Shown piece by piece: positions 12,680 through 25,268 of a stretch of DNA of 64,000 bases. Under the pieces are notes generated by a model. That model made no database searches. It saw only the letters and a program-made list of their open reading frames with translations, and was not told the DNA's origin. Position 1 is the stretch's first letter. Every line of letters begins with the position of its first letter. Location: assembly GCA_013265495.1 (NCBI GenBank), contig MU058059.1, positions 3,077,502-3,141,501 of the forward strand, written 5' to 3'. Made by a program: the position numbers and the translations under genes. The stretch comes from Vicugna vicugna. Lineage: Eukaryota.

Positions 12680-13167
12680 GAAACAGAAAGTGGACCATTT
12701 CACATGCACTAGTTTTTCTCTCACCGTTTCAGCAAAATTCATTCCAATCTGGTCCCAGGACCTGCTTCTCATTTTAGAATTCATGGTAGTAACACACGTC
12801 CAATCTTACAGCCTCAGGACCACACCTGAATTTGGGGTGGCCTCGCATTGTTGAGATAACAACGTGCAGTAACACCCTCTGTCTCTTCCAGTCAGGTCTT
12901 TGTTTTGGAACCAGTTCTGGTCTTCCTCATACAAGCCTCTGTCATCAACTTCGTTATCATTTCCTTTAGAAGTCTGATGTCTCCATGATCTTTTTCATGA
13001 ACTTCGTTCTCCTTGAACTATTGGAATGTCTCATCCTTCAACTTGGAAGACAACTGTTTCACCAGCTCTAATAGGGTCTCCCCGGAAATTTGTCAGGAAC
13101 GGAAGGTGTACCCTGGACAACACTGGCTCCTCACCACAGCTCAGCACCTCCATGATCAGGTGCTGCC
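12680..13167 (-). pseudogene. SEC11C: Processed pseudogene of signal peptidase complex catalytic subunit SEC11C (5'-truncated)
   Basis: Minus-strand translation [83 protein letters not shown]..HPKFR matches recalled SEC11C ([87 protein letters not shown]..YPKFK). It has no introns, a TGA at 13031-13033 and frameshifts. The stop is at 12774-12776, followed by sequence resembling the SEC11C 3'UTR. Confidence 0.92.
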
Positions 13168-13734
13168 AGGAAGGACGATCAGAAAAGTCATAGGCACCCA
13201 CAGGATCATTAGGAGAGGGAGGAAATGGACCCCAGGCTGAACTTCGAGGAAGAAATCCCAAAACCGCACCGCACTGTCCGTCCCTCAAAGGAGCTAGTGC
13301 TCACATCGCCAGGGCCCTGCTGTCTGGAAGCCACCATCCAGTCCCGGCCTCAAAGACTTCCTGCTCCCCAGCCACCCACACCTGCACGGCCTTGGGACCC
13401 CTCCTCCATCCGTCTTGGTGTCAAATGGCAGTCCTCTGAGAGGAGGTCTGGGGGAAACCTCATTCCAAATGGAGCCCTGGTGAGGGAATATGGAAATTAG
13501 CATGGTTTGCTTTGTCCCCTCTGCCCAGCAGCTGTGTGAAGGGGGAGGGGACAAAGGACTGGAGGAACCAGTCCACCACAGCCTCCACCCAGGGCCAGGA
13601 AAATGGTACTTCAAGGAGAGAGAGGTTAGGCGAGTGGTGTCAGATGATGCAGAGAGAAGTCACTGAACAGTGAAACACTTCTCGAATGCAGTGCTCGCTG
13701 GTCACCCAAAGAAGAGCTGAACCGACGTGTTCAA

Positions 13735-13900
13735 GGACGGGGCAGCTGAGCGCCAAGGGTATTCTGCACAGCACGGGGGGCACAGCCGGTGTTTTACAGT
13801 AACCATATGTGGAGTGTAACCTTTAAAACCGTGGATCACTAAGTTATACACCTGGAACATGGAATACTGCCCATCAACTGCACTTCAACTGAAAAAAGAA
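13735..13900 (+). mobile_element. Old L1 3'UTR fragment
   Basis: 'ctgcacagcacggggggcacagcc...gtaacctttaaaa...tcacta..ttatacacctggaac..aatactg...atcaactgcacttcaa'. Confidence 0.65.
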
Positions 13901-14229
13901 GAACTGAGGCTGCGGAAGAGTGAGGGCACAGGAAGGAAATGCAGCCCAGAAGTACAAGCAAGGATTTTGAGAAATCTGGCTGAAAAGAGGCAGAAAGACA
14001 GAGGGCGGCAGTAGCTTCCAGGGAAGGGGAGGTGGGGCTTGCTTTTCTTCTGACTTGGATTGCTTTGGTTTGGTTTTCAGATACTCAAAAGCTAATGATA
14101 AAAAGCCCTTTGGGAGAAGGAGCTGACTATAAAAGATCAAAGTGTTAATGCAAAGAAAAAAAAGAATGATCCGAGTGCGCGGCTTCTGAGAAGGCAGGAG
14201 GTGGAGCGGGGGGAGGTGAGGCAGCATAA

Positions 14230-14720
14230 GGTGGTGGCTCGACTGCTCAAGGTTTCACCAGTGGTGACCTGGATGTGCTCGGGGGAAAGCCCTGAAAAAA
14301 CAAAGGTGGAAAAATGCCTGCAAATACAGTAGCACGGGCTGGCTGCTTCTGGGCTGTCCTGATGCCCGGGAGGAAAACGAGCGACTGAGGCCTGCAGACA
14401 TCAGGTCACTGTGACAGCGCACAAAGGGGCCTCTGTGCCCTGCAGAGGACAGACACAGCTGGGGTGCAGGCTGAAGACCTCCTTGCTGGAGTCTTGCAGC
14501 TCCAGAGAGGTGTCACCGCTCAGCCAAGGCGGGGCGAGGGAGGGGACCTGGGATCCTGAAGTACGGGGCAGGGATGTCTGGATGGGTGCCCTGAGGATGT
14601 TGATTCCACAGCACCCCTGGGCCCTCCCTGAGGGAGGCAGATGCTGCAGAGGCCCCTCCCCCGCAAGACAACAGGTGCTCCGGGGAGCAGCCCCCTCTTC
14701 CTCTGACTCCTGGGATTCTC
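14230..14720 (+). mobile_element. ERVL/MaLR internal (gag) fossil
   Basis: Peptides GWLLLGCPDAREENERLR and GTWDPEVRGRDVW resemble the ERVL gag motifs GWLLL..ENxxLR and GKEWDPETWxGDVW. Confidence 0.6.
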
Positions 14721-16249
14721 ATTACCACAGAAAAGAAGATGGAGGAAGGGAGGAGGGCAGTGAGAACTCCCCTGCGTTAAACAATCCTGGGAGCTGCACA
14801 GACACCTTTCAATGTGCTCCTGGAAGGTAAAACTGTGAAGCAATACAATGAACTCCTTATTAAAACTAACAGCTTGCTCCCCAAGAGTCACTGTTCCAGT
14901 TCAAGTTCCAGACTCACGTCACCACATGCTTCTCAATTCAGTGCGGTGATGTCTTAACCTTTGCCCAACCTCGTCCCATTCCTGGCCTTGCAAGACATAC
15001 CTTAACATCACTCAGTCCAGGCCCCAACGCCCTCCGTAGGCCCTTTCCAAATTCGCCCATTTGGGGCACCACTAAGACGGACACTGCGGTGCCCACCTCC
15101 CACTGCAGGGCTGACACACTTAGCTTTGCTTGATCAACAAGTGTTTCCCGCAGTCTTTTTGGGAAGATCACCATCAACACAAAAAAGACACGGATGACAG
15201 TGACAGAACAATACATTTAACACAGTAGACATTGCTCACTATGGTGCTGACCTGCTTCTGCTCGTTTGTGTTTCACTTTATTTGCCTATGATGTGTCTGA
15301 CCTGAGTCAGTTCCAACCAATCCCTTTTCTCAGCGGAGAAAACATAGGAAACATACAAGAAATGAATCAGGAAATACACCAATTAAGTGCACTTCACATC
15401 TGAGGTTCAAGAAAACAGTGGTCGCCTCAGCCAGGGGAAGAAATAACGACGGTTATTAAGGAACTCCTTACTCCTGTAAGAGTCCTTTGATGACTCTACC
15501 CTCTTCACCTAGAATCTTACATACTTTGCCTGCATTTATTTGGTTGAATAAGATTTATCTTGGCTGGTTAATGGCCAACTTAGGCTGGCCTTTCCAGATT
15601 CCGAGATAGTTGCCGAATACGCAGTGCGTGTCCTAGAGCTACGAAGAACAGTGTCTAGAACACCTGGGCTATCTGGGCACTTAGAGGAAAAGTCAAATTT
15701 AGCTAGGAATGTCCCTTTAAAGGGCTGCAGACTTTGGCCACATTGGCACAAGTCTTCCTTGTCCAAGTGGGTCATTTGGGCCTCATGGTGATTATTCCAG
15801 CAAAGGAAGGAGCTAAATCTGTCAGAAAATGTATGTTTGTTGTTGTCCACGATCAGATTTTTTAATGTATTCTTATGGGTGTAAAAATACACTCATAATG
15901 GTATTAAAAGAAAAACATGTAACTTTTCACACATACTGCTTATGTTTCAAATATAAATCCTGTACCAATTCTATCCTCATCTCAACAGATACTCCCTTAA
16001 AGTTGAGTACAAATCAAGGGTTCCCAAGTTTGGGTCTTCTTCCTATTGGTTTCCATTTTAATTTTGCCTCATCATCATTTCTGATCAGAAATATGTCCTG
16101 AGATTTACCAGGCTTTATTCCCTGACGACCCCAGAGAGTCTGTAACCTAGGTACACGGTCAGAGCTCTCAGTCCACCCAAGATGGTAATTATAGTCCAAA
16201 AAAGCAGGTGATTAATGCCATGTGAGTGGTCCGTCAACGAGGGTCCTAG

Positions 16250-16862
16250 TGTTGTCGAACTCCAGAGGGTGTGTTCGATGCACAGTGAGGCCAAACAGAA
16301 ACGGCAGAATTTGGAGCAGAGAAAGGTGTATCGCAGGACGCCAAGCAAGCTCAGGCTCAAAAGACCCGAGCCCCCTGACGGTTCTCAGGGAAGGGTCTTT
16401 ACAGGCAACATGCCGGGGAAGGGCTGCAGGGGCCATGACTTTCTTCTGGTTTGTTGGTGATGAGGTAACAGGGTGACGTTTCAGGAATCTTGATCATCAG
16501 CCTTCTGGTTCAAACCAGTCTGGGGTCTCTGCTTGTGATCCCGTGTGGTCACCAGCCTCCACCTGGGTGGGGGTCTTAGTTCCTGAAGAACAGCTTAAAG
16601 ATAAGCATCAGGTTGTTATGCAAATCCCTTGAGGAGGAACCAGGACTCTGCTTTAGTGCTGAACTATTGTTGCTTGACTGTTTTTCCTTTGTTTCTGCAT
16701 CCCCTTATTTCCCAATTTCCTTATTAGTAACTTGAATCTGCTCTTCGGAACTCAGGAAAGTTTCTGGGAGACTAAAGTCTTTTTCTACAAACAAGGACTG
16801 GGGGACACTGAAAGGCTTGTGTATCCGGGAGGGCCCCGCGGGTCCCGCTTGGTTTCTCTAAC
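16250..16862 (-). mobile_element. Solo ERV1-class LTR
   Basis: About 610 bp with motifs 'tttggagcagagaaagg..tcaaaagacccga..cccctga', 'ttggtgatgaggtaaca', 'atcagccttctggttc..accagtctggggtct'. Confidence 0.7.
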
Positions 16863-17454
16863 AGCACTTGCTAAGCCTCTAGCTTTGAGTATCTGCCTCA
16901 TCCCTGCTGACCCAAGACCTTCTGCCAAGTAGTTAATCTGTAAGTAAGCTCTTAAATATACTCAGGGTGTTTCTATTCTTGAAGCACTATTTTGATTGTA
17001 TTACTCCCCTGTTCAAAACTTTCCACTGCCTCCTGATAAAGTCCAAAGTCCTTAGGCTGAAGTTTCAGGTTTTCCAAAATCGGATCCTGTTTTTTTTCCA
17101 GGTTTACTTCCTGTGTCCCCTCCAGCAATTCAGAGACTCCAACCGAATGGAACCAGTCCATATGCCCTGCACGTGGCTGGTGTTTTTCTGCCCCCAGGCC
17201 TTTGCTGCCTTCACAACTACCCTTTGCTCCCCAACAGAGGCTCAGCCAGCTGTCCTGTTTAGGAGGTGAGGTGACCATAAGAAAGGCAGTGGGTCCTGCA
17301 TTTCAGTGGGGTTGGGATAATTAACATAAAAATGCATCATTTTTAAGACCTCTGTCTGCTTGTCTCACCCTCCTGATTTCCTACTCTTTCTGTTAACATC
17401 CTTTCATCATGAGTTTAACAATGGTCATGTAAATACACCTTAAAAACTGTTTAG

Positions 17455-17660
17455 GGGGTCCGAGGGATAAATCAGGAGTTCAAAATTCGCATCTCTTGGG
17501 GGAGTGAAGGAAATGTTAGCTATCTTGATTGTGGTGGTGGTTTTCATGGGTGTCTACATCTAGCAAAATTCATCAAATTGTACATCTGAAATATGTGTAG
17601 TTTAGTGTACAGGAATCATACCACAACAAAGGTGTCTTTAAAAATAATTTGAAAAAAAGT
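17455..17660 (+). mobile_element. L1 3'UTR fragment
   Basis: 'gagggataaatcaggagttcaaaatt...tatcttgattgtggtggtggtttt..catcaaattgtaca'. Confidence 0.65.
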
Positions 17661-18106
17661 TTCAATGCGCAGAGGGAGAACGACTGCTCCTCTTGCTTTC
17701 GACCCCAAAGACCACCTGGTTGTGCTCAGCCTGCTCTTTCTCTGCCCTTTGGTAGCCCCCCTTCAATCCCAGCTCCCCTCCTCCCCCACCACTGGGTTTC
17801 CTGGACTTTCTCTCCAACGAGCAATAGGGTGATTCGGTCCTTACACATCCAGATACCCTGTAGGTATTTGGGCTCCTTCCCAATCTGTTCTTTGAGGGCT
17901 GGGATTCTGCCTCATCAGCACATCTGTCCTCACACCTCCTAGCGGAGAGTTTAGTACATTGTATTGACTCAATCACTCATTTGTAATGAGAATCACCATC
18001 CATAACTGTCTGGAGTATGTGTACAGCTCTGGGACACGGAGCCACATGTGTGGATCATTGATCTGTTTTCCTCCCTCTCTTAATTTTTACATAAAGTTGG
18101 AAGCTG

Positions 18107-18653
18107 GTGAAGAGAAGCAGAATTTGCCACCCAAAATATGTCTCTTGGGCGTAAGGATTATTTTGAGCTGGTTATTTTTAAGAAACTTGCAGACACAGGA
18201 GAAGCTCTAAAAACCGATTAGCAGTTACCCTTTTATAAGAGACATTTACATTTATAAGAGAAATCTCCACTTGTAAGGATGTCTCCCTCTCTGTACCAGA
18301 AACAGGAGGATGACCAAATGTCTAGAAACTCCATCCATGGATTAAGGCATGACTCAAATCTGCATGATGACCTTACCCTTCTTTGCTGTGCTTGGCCTGA
18401 AAACCTTCCATAACTGGTCCCCCACCCCCACCATTTTTTGTCTTTAGCTGATGATGGTATTTAAGGTGGTGGCTTGGCCACTGCAGGGAGCTACTTAGTG
18501 TCCCTGGTGTCTCCCATGCATACAGGAGGTACATGTGTTATTAAACATCTCTTTGTTTTTCTCCTCTTAACCTGTCTCTTTTTTCCATTTCTGGGGCATC
18601 TTAGCCAAGAACCTAGAAGGGCAGAGGGAAAATTATTTTTTTCCTCCCCTACA
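18107..18653 (+). mobile_element. Solo LTR, MER34-like (ERV1)
   Basis: TG...CA termini; 'gccacccaaaatatg...taaggattattttgagctg', 'ctcccatgcatac', ending 'aaaattatttttttcctcccctaca'. Confidence 0.8.
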
Positions 18654-21600
18654 AAGGCAAGTGTCCACTTTGGGTCCATCTCATCTAGGAAGCAGTAGAA
18701 GTGGCCTGTAATTCATGCAATAGATGTTTTTCTCCATAAAGTGCCAAATAATTGGTTTCGCTTGTTGTTTTAAATTATTGAATTACTTGAGCAAACAAGT
18801 TTGGGTATCTCAAAACAGCCTGAACTGACCAAAGAGAGTCACTGAAAAACAAGGGAATTTCATATAGTGTGTGAGGTTTTTATCACTGAGCAGGGAGGTT
18901 TCAAAAAGCACTGAAGTGTAGGCACGGAAAAGCCAGCAGCCACAAATGCTCGCCCTTGTCTCAGATCTTCATGAAAAGAGTCCTTTGTTGAATCTCTTCT
19001 TCAAACAGGCAACCGCTAGCAGGTCACTTTGTGACTCCTTTGCCTTCAAAAGGATGCATTAGTAAGACTCATAATGATGATCGGGTCCTTTGAGAGAACA
19101 GGCCAGGGCAACATTAGGTGGTTTATTTCTCTCTGCACCTGCTTCTGTTACCTTCCAAGTCCCTGGAGAACCAAGGGCAGCCTTTCTGCTGCTCTGAGAA
19201 ATGACTCTGTCTAGAATATTTGATCACACTCCAGAACAGGTGCCAAAAGGGAAATAGGATACCAGATGGCCACCCAGGCAGCAGGAAGTTGGCATCTCCT
19301 AATTTCAAGGCCCAGAACTTGACATTAATCCTGAGCTTCTCAGCAGTCCCACTGTTCACAGATCCTGGAATCCCAGAGTGCTAAGCAAACTTAGAAACCC
19401 TGATCTGAAGTGCACTCACTTTTCAGGCTGAGGTTCAGACTGTCTGAGATCCAGACAGGTTAAATACTATTCCATTCATTAATCACTGAGTAGCGGCACG
19501 TCCAGCTCTAGATGGAGCCCAGGTGAACCCAGGTGCTCTACCTGCAAACTTAGCAAGAACAAGTAGTCCTTATTCATTATAATACTCTGCTCTTTCAGAA
19601 CTAGGATGAAGACCTTCATTTCAGAAATCATGACCCATGTCCAGCCAATTTTAGTAGGTAACACAGAACAGACTTGGATCAGCTCAATCCATCATGAAAA
19701 AATATATGGTATTTGTCAAATGCCAGAGAGGTGAGGGTTTGAATACTCATTAAGTCAGATTCTGAACTTTTCACCCCAAGAAGTTAGTTGAGGATAGAGC
19801 CACATTTTTGACAGTCATATGTTACGAATCTGTCAATTAAAATAACATCGTAAAACAACTGAGCTATCTTTAAAGAGGTTAATTAAACGAGCAGGCTTCC
19901 ATGTTCACTTGAATTTTTTCCCCAAATGCTTTTGTAAGCAAGCAAACCTGCAGTTCAGTGAGCCTTTTGCTACAGGAAACATCAGCTGTGGGAGGGAGAT
20001 TTCTGAGCTGGCCCATGAAGGACTGTTAAACTACAAGGTCAAAGCACTCTGGTTCTTCCAGGCCTGAGTCATCTCTGGACACTGCAGAAATGAGGGAGAG
20101 TGTTACTGGACCAAACTCAGGTCCACTTGGCTGACATGCAGCAAAGTTAACACACTAACACCAGGTTAGCACTGAACAGAGCCTCAAAGAACTCTCCCCT
20201 CAAACTTCCCTCCACCCTAGGAGCATCAGCCTCCAACAAGGGTCTGAGCAGCCACCCCTTTTCCTAGATTAGTGGGTTTCTTCCTTCAGGCACTCAGCTC
20301 ACCAGTGGTGCCCCAAGACCTTGACCTAATATCCCGCCTCAGTCAAACCCCTCTCCCCGAGCTCAGCTGGGTGTTAGAAAAGAAAAATATCTGACTGAAT
20401 GGGTCCACGCTCAATGGCTATCAGCTTCAGAATCCTCTGAGCAGTGTGTAGATTTTTGGAAGAAGCTGATCAATAACCAAGGTGACTCAAGCACGATAAC
20501 AAAATCAAAAGAAATTCTCCAGACAGGGTTAAGAGAAGCCATCACGATGGCAGGTCCAGCCCTGCCTCAAAGCCTACTCCGAACCATCAAGCAGGATATT
20601 CCTGTTTTCACATCTTCTGACATCTGTCAGACCACCACCTCTTCCCATCCAGCCTTGGCTGCCAGGCCAGGAGCGGAGCCGCGGCAGACACAGAGAGACG
20701 GTGCTTGCCGTGTAATTCCTGCACTTGTGTGTAAGCACGGTCTGATCCACCCTTTCTCTGGGCAATCATCCTCCACCTTTCAGGAAAGAGATATTCCAAA
20801 TGATGTAATTGTTTTGAGTGTGGGCTGCCAAGAGTCTCACACCTCCCCTTTCCCAGCCTGAGATACAGTGTCTCCTGATTTCCACGGTGAGTATGTTAAT
20901 ATATGTCTGTTTCTCCTAAGGGGCCTTGAACTGCCTTTAGGAAGGCTCTTCAGATGAATGAATGGGTGACTGAATAATGGAATTTCTAAAATCTAGTAGA
21001 TACTGCCAGTGCTCACCTCCAGGTCTCTTCTCCTCCAGGTGCGTGGAAGGCCACCTGGCAACCTCCCTGCTGTTCAGTGGGGCCGTGTGACTGGTCCTGA
21101 CCCACGCACACAAGCAGAGTGACAGGTGTCACTTTCCGTCTGAACCACAGATGTGAGCTCTCCAAGCAGAATGTCCCCTCGTCAAGGCCACCAGCCACAT
21201 TACAGCTGGCAAAGCCTCTGTGATCCCGGGTTCCCAGGTGACCACAGGCAATAGATTAACTCTCCACACCTGCGGACCTGTGCTGGGTCTACACCAGGAA
21301 CAAGCAATACTTGTGTGTGGAAGGATTTTTGTTCTGCAGCCTCACTTGGCCTATTCTGATGAATCCAGCCAATTATCACCTAAAGGTGACGACAAAGGCT
21401 TGTGTATGCTATAAAAACCACAAATGCTTCACACTGTGGCTGTTGAGGACATAAGTCAGGCAGGATCTAACGGTCAAAAGCCACTTGAGGGAGGCTGTCC
21501 AACCTACAGTCTCAACTTGTGTGAGGGCTGGAAGTTACAGTGAGTCAGCGCCCCGCCGCACTGCAAGTCAGAACAGAGAAGCCCGTCGGGGGAATACGTG

Positions 21601-23119
21601 AGACACGCTGAAAACAGCTCCATCCTCACATCCCTGGAGCCGCGTCCTCGACTGATCTGTGCATAAATGTTTAAAATGCACTCAGTTTCGTTTTAGGTTT
21701 TAGAAATAAGGCGTTGACATTTGCAAGAACAAGCACCGTATGTGACTTGCCGTGTCTGTGGCACGCCGCCCGGCGCCACCCACAGGGCACCTCCCGCAAC
21801 ACCTGGCTTCTCATCTATGGACAGCACAGGCAGGGACAGGAACAGTCCACTTTTTGGCAGTGTCTCCAAATCTACCTCACCAAAAACTCCATTTGGTTTT
21901 GGTTCCCACGTTGGCAGTGAACTTCCCTAGGATGGGTACCATATGCCCTAGTATTTCTGAAACCATCCCAGCTTCTAATATTTTACTTGTCTCTGTACTC
22001 CATTAAAATGCCCCAGAAACGCCAATATTTTAGCATACAAACTGTATCTTTCAGACAACTTCTCACACTAGGAAGTAATATAAAAATTCATTTTGAGAGC
22101 CTCAGTTTTTGGTTGAAACTGACTCCCCTGGCCTTCATACACCAGCAAATTCTAGGAGGAGGAGGCTTATTTCTGCCCCGGGAAATTCCAGCCCAAAGGG
22201 CAGCCCCACAGTCACCACAGGCGGAGCACTGCAGAGCGCGATCTCCCGGAGCCGCGAGGGGGACCACCCGCACTTTAGCAGAAAGGTTTCCGCTCTGTTT
22301 CCCAAAGATTCGCACATGCCGGAATGTGTGAGATGAACATTTCCAGCACAGAGATGTTACTCTGCGCCTGAGCAGTTTGGTCTGAAGAGCAGAGGAGGCC
22401 AGTGGCTCAGTCGCTGCCGTCTAGGGTCCATCTCCATGTCTAAAGCACTGCCATCAAGGAGCCATCCTTGGAGTGAGAGCCTGAGCCCCGTTAGAAACCA
22501 GATGCCCCAGGGGCCCCTGTATTAAAGTATAGGCCACTCACCCCTTGGTGAGATGCGTTAGGGGCACTGTTCCAAGCACTGCAGGGGTGGAGGCCTGGGA
22601 GGACCAGAGGTAGGGCAGGGAGTGGGTGGTCTCGAGAAGATGGTGGCAGAGCCAGGGGGAGGACTTCCGGTGGAGAGGGTGTGGCCACGCAGTGAACCTC
22701 TGCGGAGCTGTTATCCCCGGCCACGCACCACCCAAAATGCTTCCTGTGCATTTCCATCTGCTTTATTTCCCTCTGTGATCCTGGGAAGCAAAGCGCTGTG
22801 CTCACTTTGCATGTGAGGAAAACCCTGGCCAAGGTGGTTAGTGATGTCCCCGGGATCAGGCAGTTGGGTTGTGATGAACCCAGGTCTTCTAAAGCACTCG
22901 CTGCCCCACCCTCCAAATCGGCCTGGGTCTCAAAGCTCTTATAAAATAGATATTAATTTCTTACACTTCTGGAGGCTGAGAAGTCCAAGATCAGAGTGCC
23001 AGCAGACTCAGTGTCTGGTGAGACCCTCCTCCTGGTTTGCAGACTAAAGACAATTCTAATGGTTACCTAACACCCCATGACCGAACCTTGTTGGTCCAGA
23101 TTTGTAGACTTGAAACAGT

Positions 23120-23788
23120 TAGGAATTGGGAAAACAGTTTGGCAATTTCTCCAAAAATTAAACCTAGTATTCCCAAATGGTCAAACAAGTTCATGTCTAG
23201 CTATATACCTGAAACGATTAAATACAGGCACTCAAACAGATGTGTGAGTCCACCCAAGTTCAGAGCAGGATTACCCACAATAGCCAAAAAGCAGAAACAA
23301 CCCAAGCGCCCACTCAAGGCTGAACAGATAAAGGTGGTCCAGCCATACAATGGAGTACTATTCAGCTTTTAAAGAGGAAGGACATTCTGACACCTGCTAC
23401 AACATGGAATAGCCTTGAGGCCGTTATGCTGAGTAAAATAAGTCAGTCCCAAAAGAACAAACATTGATACGAAGTGTCTAGAGTGGTCAAACTCAGAGAC
23501 AGAAAGTAGGATGGCGGTTTCCAGAGGCGGGAGAGGAAGGAACGGGGAGTCCTTGATGGGTAGGTAGTTTCCGTTTGGGAGGGTGAAAAGTTGGGAAGAC
23601 GGATGGTGATAAAAACATTCTTTTTTAATTAAAAAAAATTTTTTAAACATGGATGGTGATGATGGTTACACACCATTATGAATGTTCTCAGTGACACTGA
23701 GCTGTACACTTAAAAGTGATTAAAATGCTCAGTTGTAGGGTGTATATATATATATATTTTATTTTTTTTACCACAACAAAAAAAGAAA
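23120..23788 (+). mobile_element. Older L1 (L1MB-like) 3' end
   Basis: 'ttggaaaacagtttggca', 'gacacctgctacaacatgga', 'gagacagaaagtagga..tggtttccag', 'tgagctgtacacttaaaa..ccacaac' followed by an A tail. Confidence 0.85.
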
Positions 23789-24904
23789 CCCTCACAAGGA
23801 CAGGAATTTAGACTTCACCACCTTAAATAGCCTCTTCTACTCAGGAGAACAGCGCATTTCCCCTGCACTCTGCTCTTCTGCCAAGTGCTTGTGAGATGGG
23901 AAGGGCAGCAGGCGGGAGGAGCCAGCCTGGGCGAATAAACAGGAGGTTTCCGATAGGGAGCCAGGATGGTTCAGCCACTCGAGAAATCAGCTGGTCCTCC
24001 CAGCTCATTTGTCAGAAGGGGAAACTGAGGGCACACAACAAGGGAAGGCAGCCTCCGGTGGCCGAGGCACCTGAGGTCTTGGCTGCCCTGCCTTGATCCA
24101 CCCTCTGTAACACCCTTGAGAATAACACCCGTAAGAAACTGAGAGAATGAGGCAGGGGCTGTGTGCGTGTGTGTACACCTCCCTGCCTGAACGTAGAAGT
24201 GTGGGAATGACTTATACGTGAGATCTGTCAAATTATTTCGCAAAAGATTCCAGAACCAAATGCTTGCTTCTTCCCCCAACTGCTGCACATCAACCTCTTC
24301 CACCGTGTATGTGCATGAGAAATGAGTCCATCTCCAACCACACCTGTCGAGACAAATTCCTGCTGAATAGGAGGGAAAGATTCAGCGGAAGTGAAGCTCG
24401 CTCCATGTTTCATGCATCAAATATTCCTTGAGCACCTAGTATGTGCCAGAGACCCTGTTAGCCCACGGAACGTAGGTGAGAAGTAGCCACGCTTAGTCCC
24501 CGTCCCCAGCCAAGGACAGGAGTGTCACACAAAAGGAAGCCGGAACAGCCCAGAAGGCACGTGGGGAATTACAGGGAATTAAAGCCCAGTGTTGTGAAGG
24601 CTCTAACGGGGAAGTCTGGATGGCTCAGGGATGCTCATGTGAGACTTGGCATCTGGGGATTTTATTTGGGTCAGTCCAGGAGGCATGAGATGCCCTCATG
24701 ACTGACCTTTGACACCCAGATTCCAGCCTCTCCCAACTGATGCACATGGCCAAGGTCCCACCATGAGCACAGACACCTGGCAGGGCCCCGTGCTCCAGGT
24801 GAACGGGCACTCTCATGAGGCAGGAGATTCTATGGGTTTGAGTTGTCCCAGGAACCTGTCAAGGGCTAGGCCTGTCTATTTTGTTCTCTTTCCAAATAAT
24901 CTTT

Positions 24905-25268
24905 CCACTTATTTTTTTAATTGGAGTATAGTCGACTAACAATATTGTGTTAATTTCTGAGGTACAGCATAGTGATTCAGTTATACATACATATATATAT
25001 ATTCCTTTTCAGATTCTTTTTCATCATAGGTTACTGCAAGATACTGAATACAGTTCCCTGTGCAGTACAGTAGGTCCCTGTTGCTTATCTATCTTATATG
25101 TAGTACTTTGTACCTGCAAATCCTGAATTATCAGTTTATCCCTTCCCACACCCTTTCCTCCCTGTAACCGTAAGTTTGTTTTCTGTGTCTGTGAGTTCAT
25201 TTGTGTCAGTTTTTTTAGATTCCACATATAAGTGACATCATATGGTATTTCTCTTTCTCTTTCTGGCT
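24905..25268 (-). mobile_element. L1 3'UTR fragment
   Basis: Reverse complement of the same L1 3'UTR seen at 30.2-30.57 kb. Confidence 0.88.

Noticed and set aside
12900..13110. S100/EF-hand-like reading in an alternative minus-strand frame
   Set aside because: The resemblance is superficial; the SEC11C match explains the region much better.
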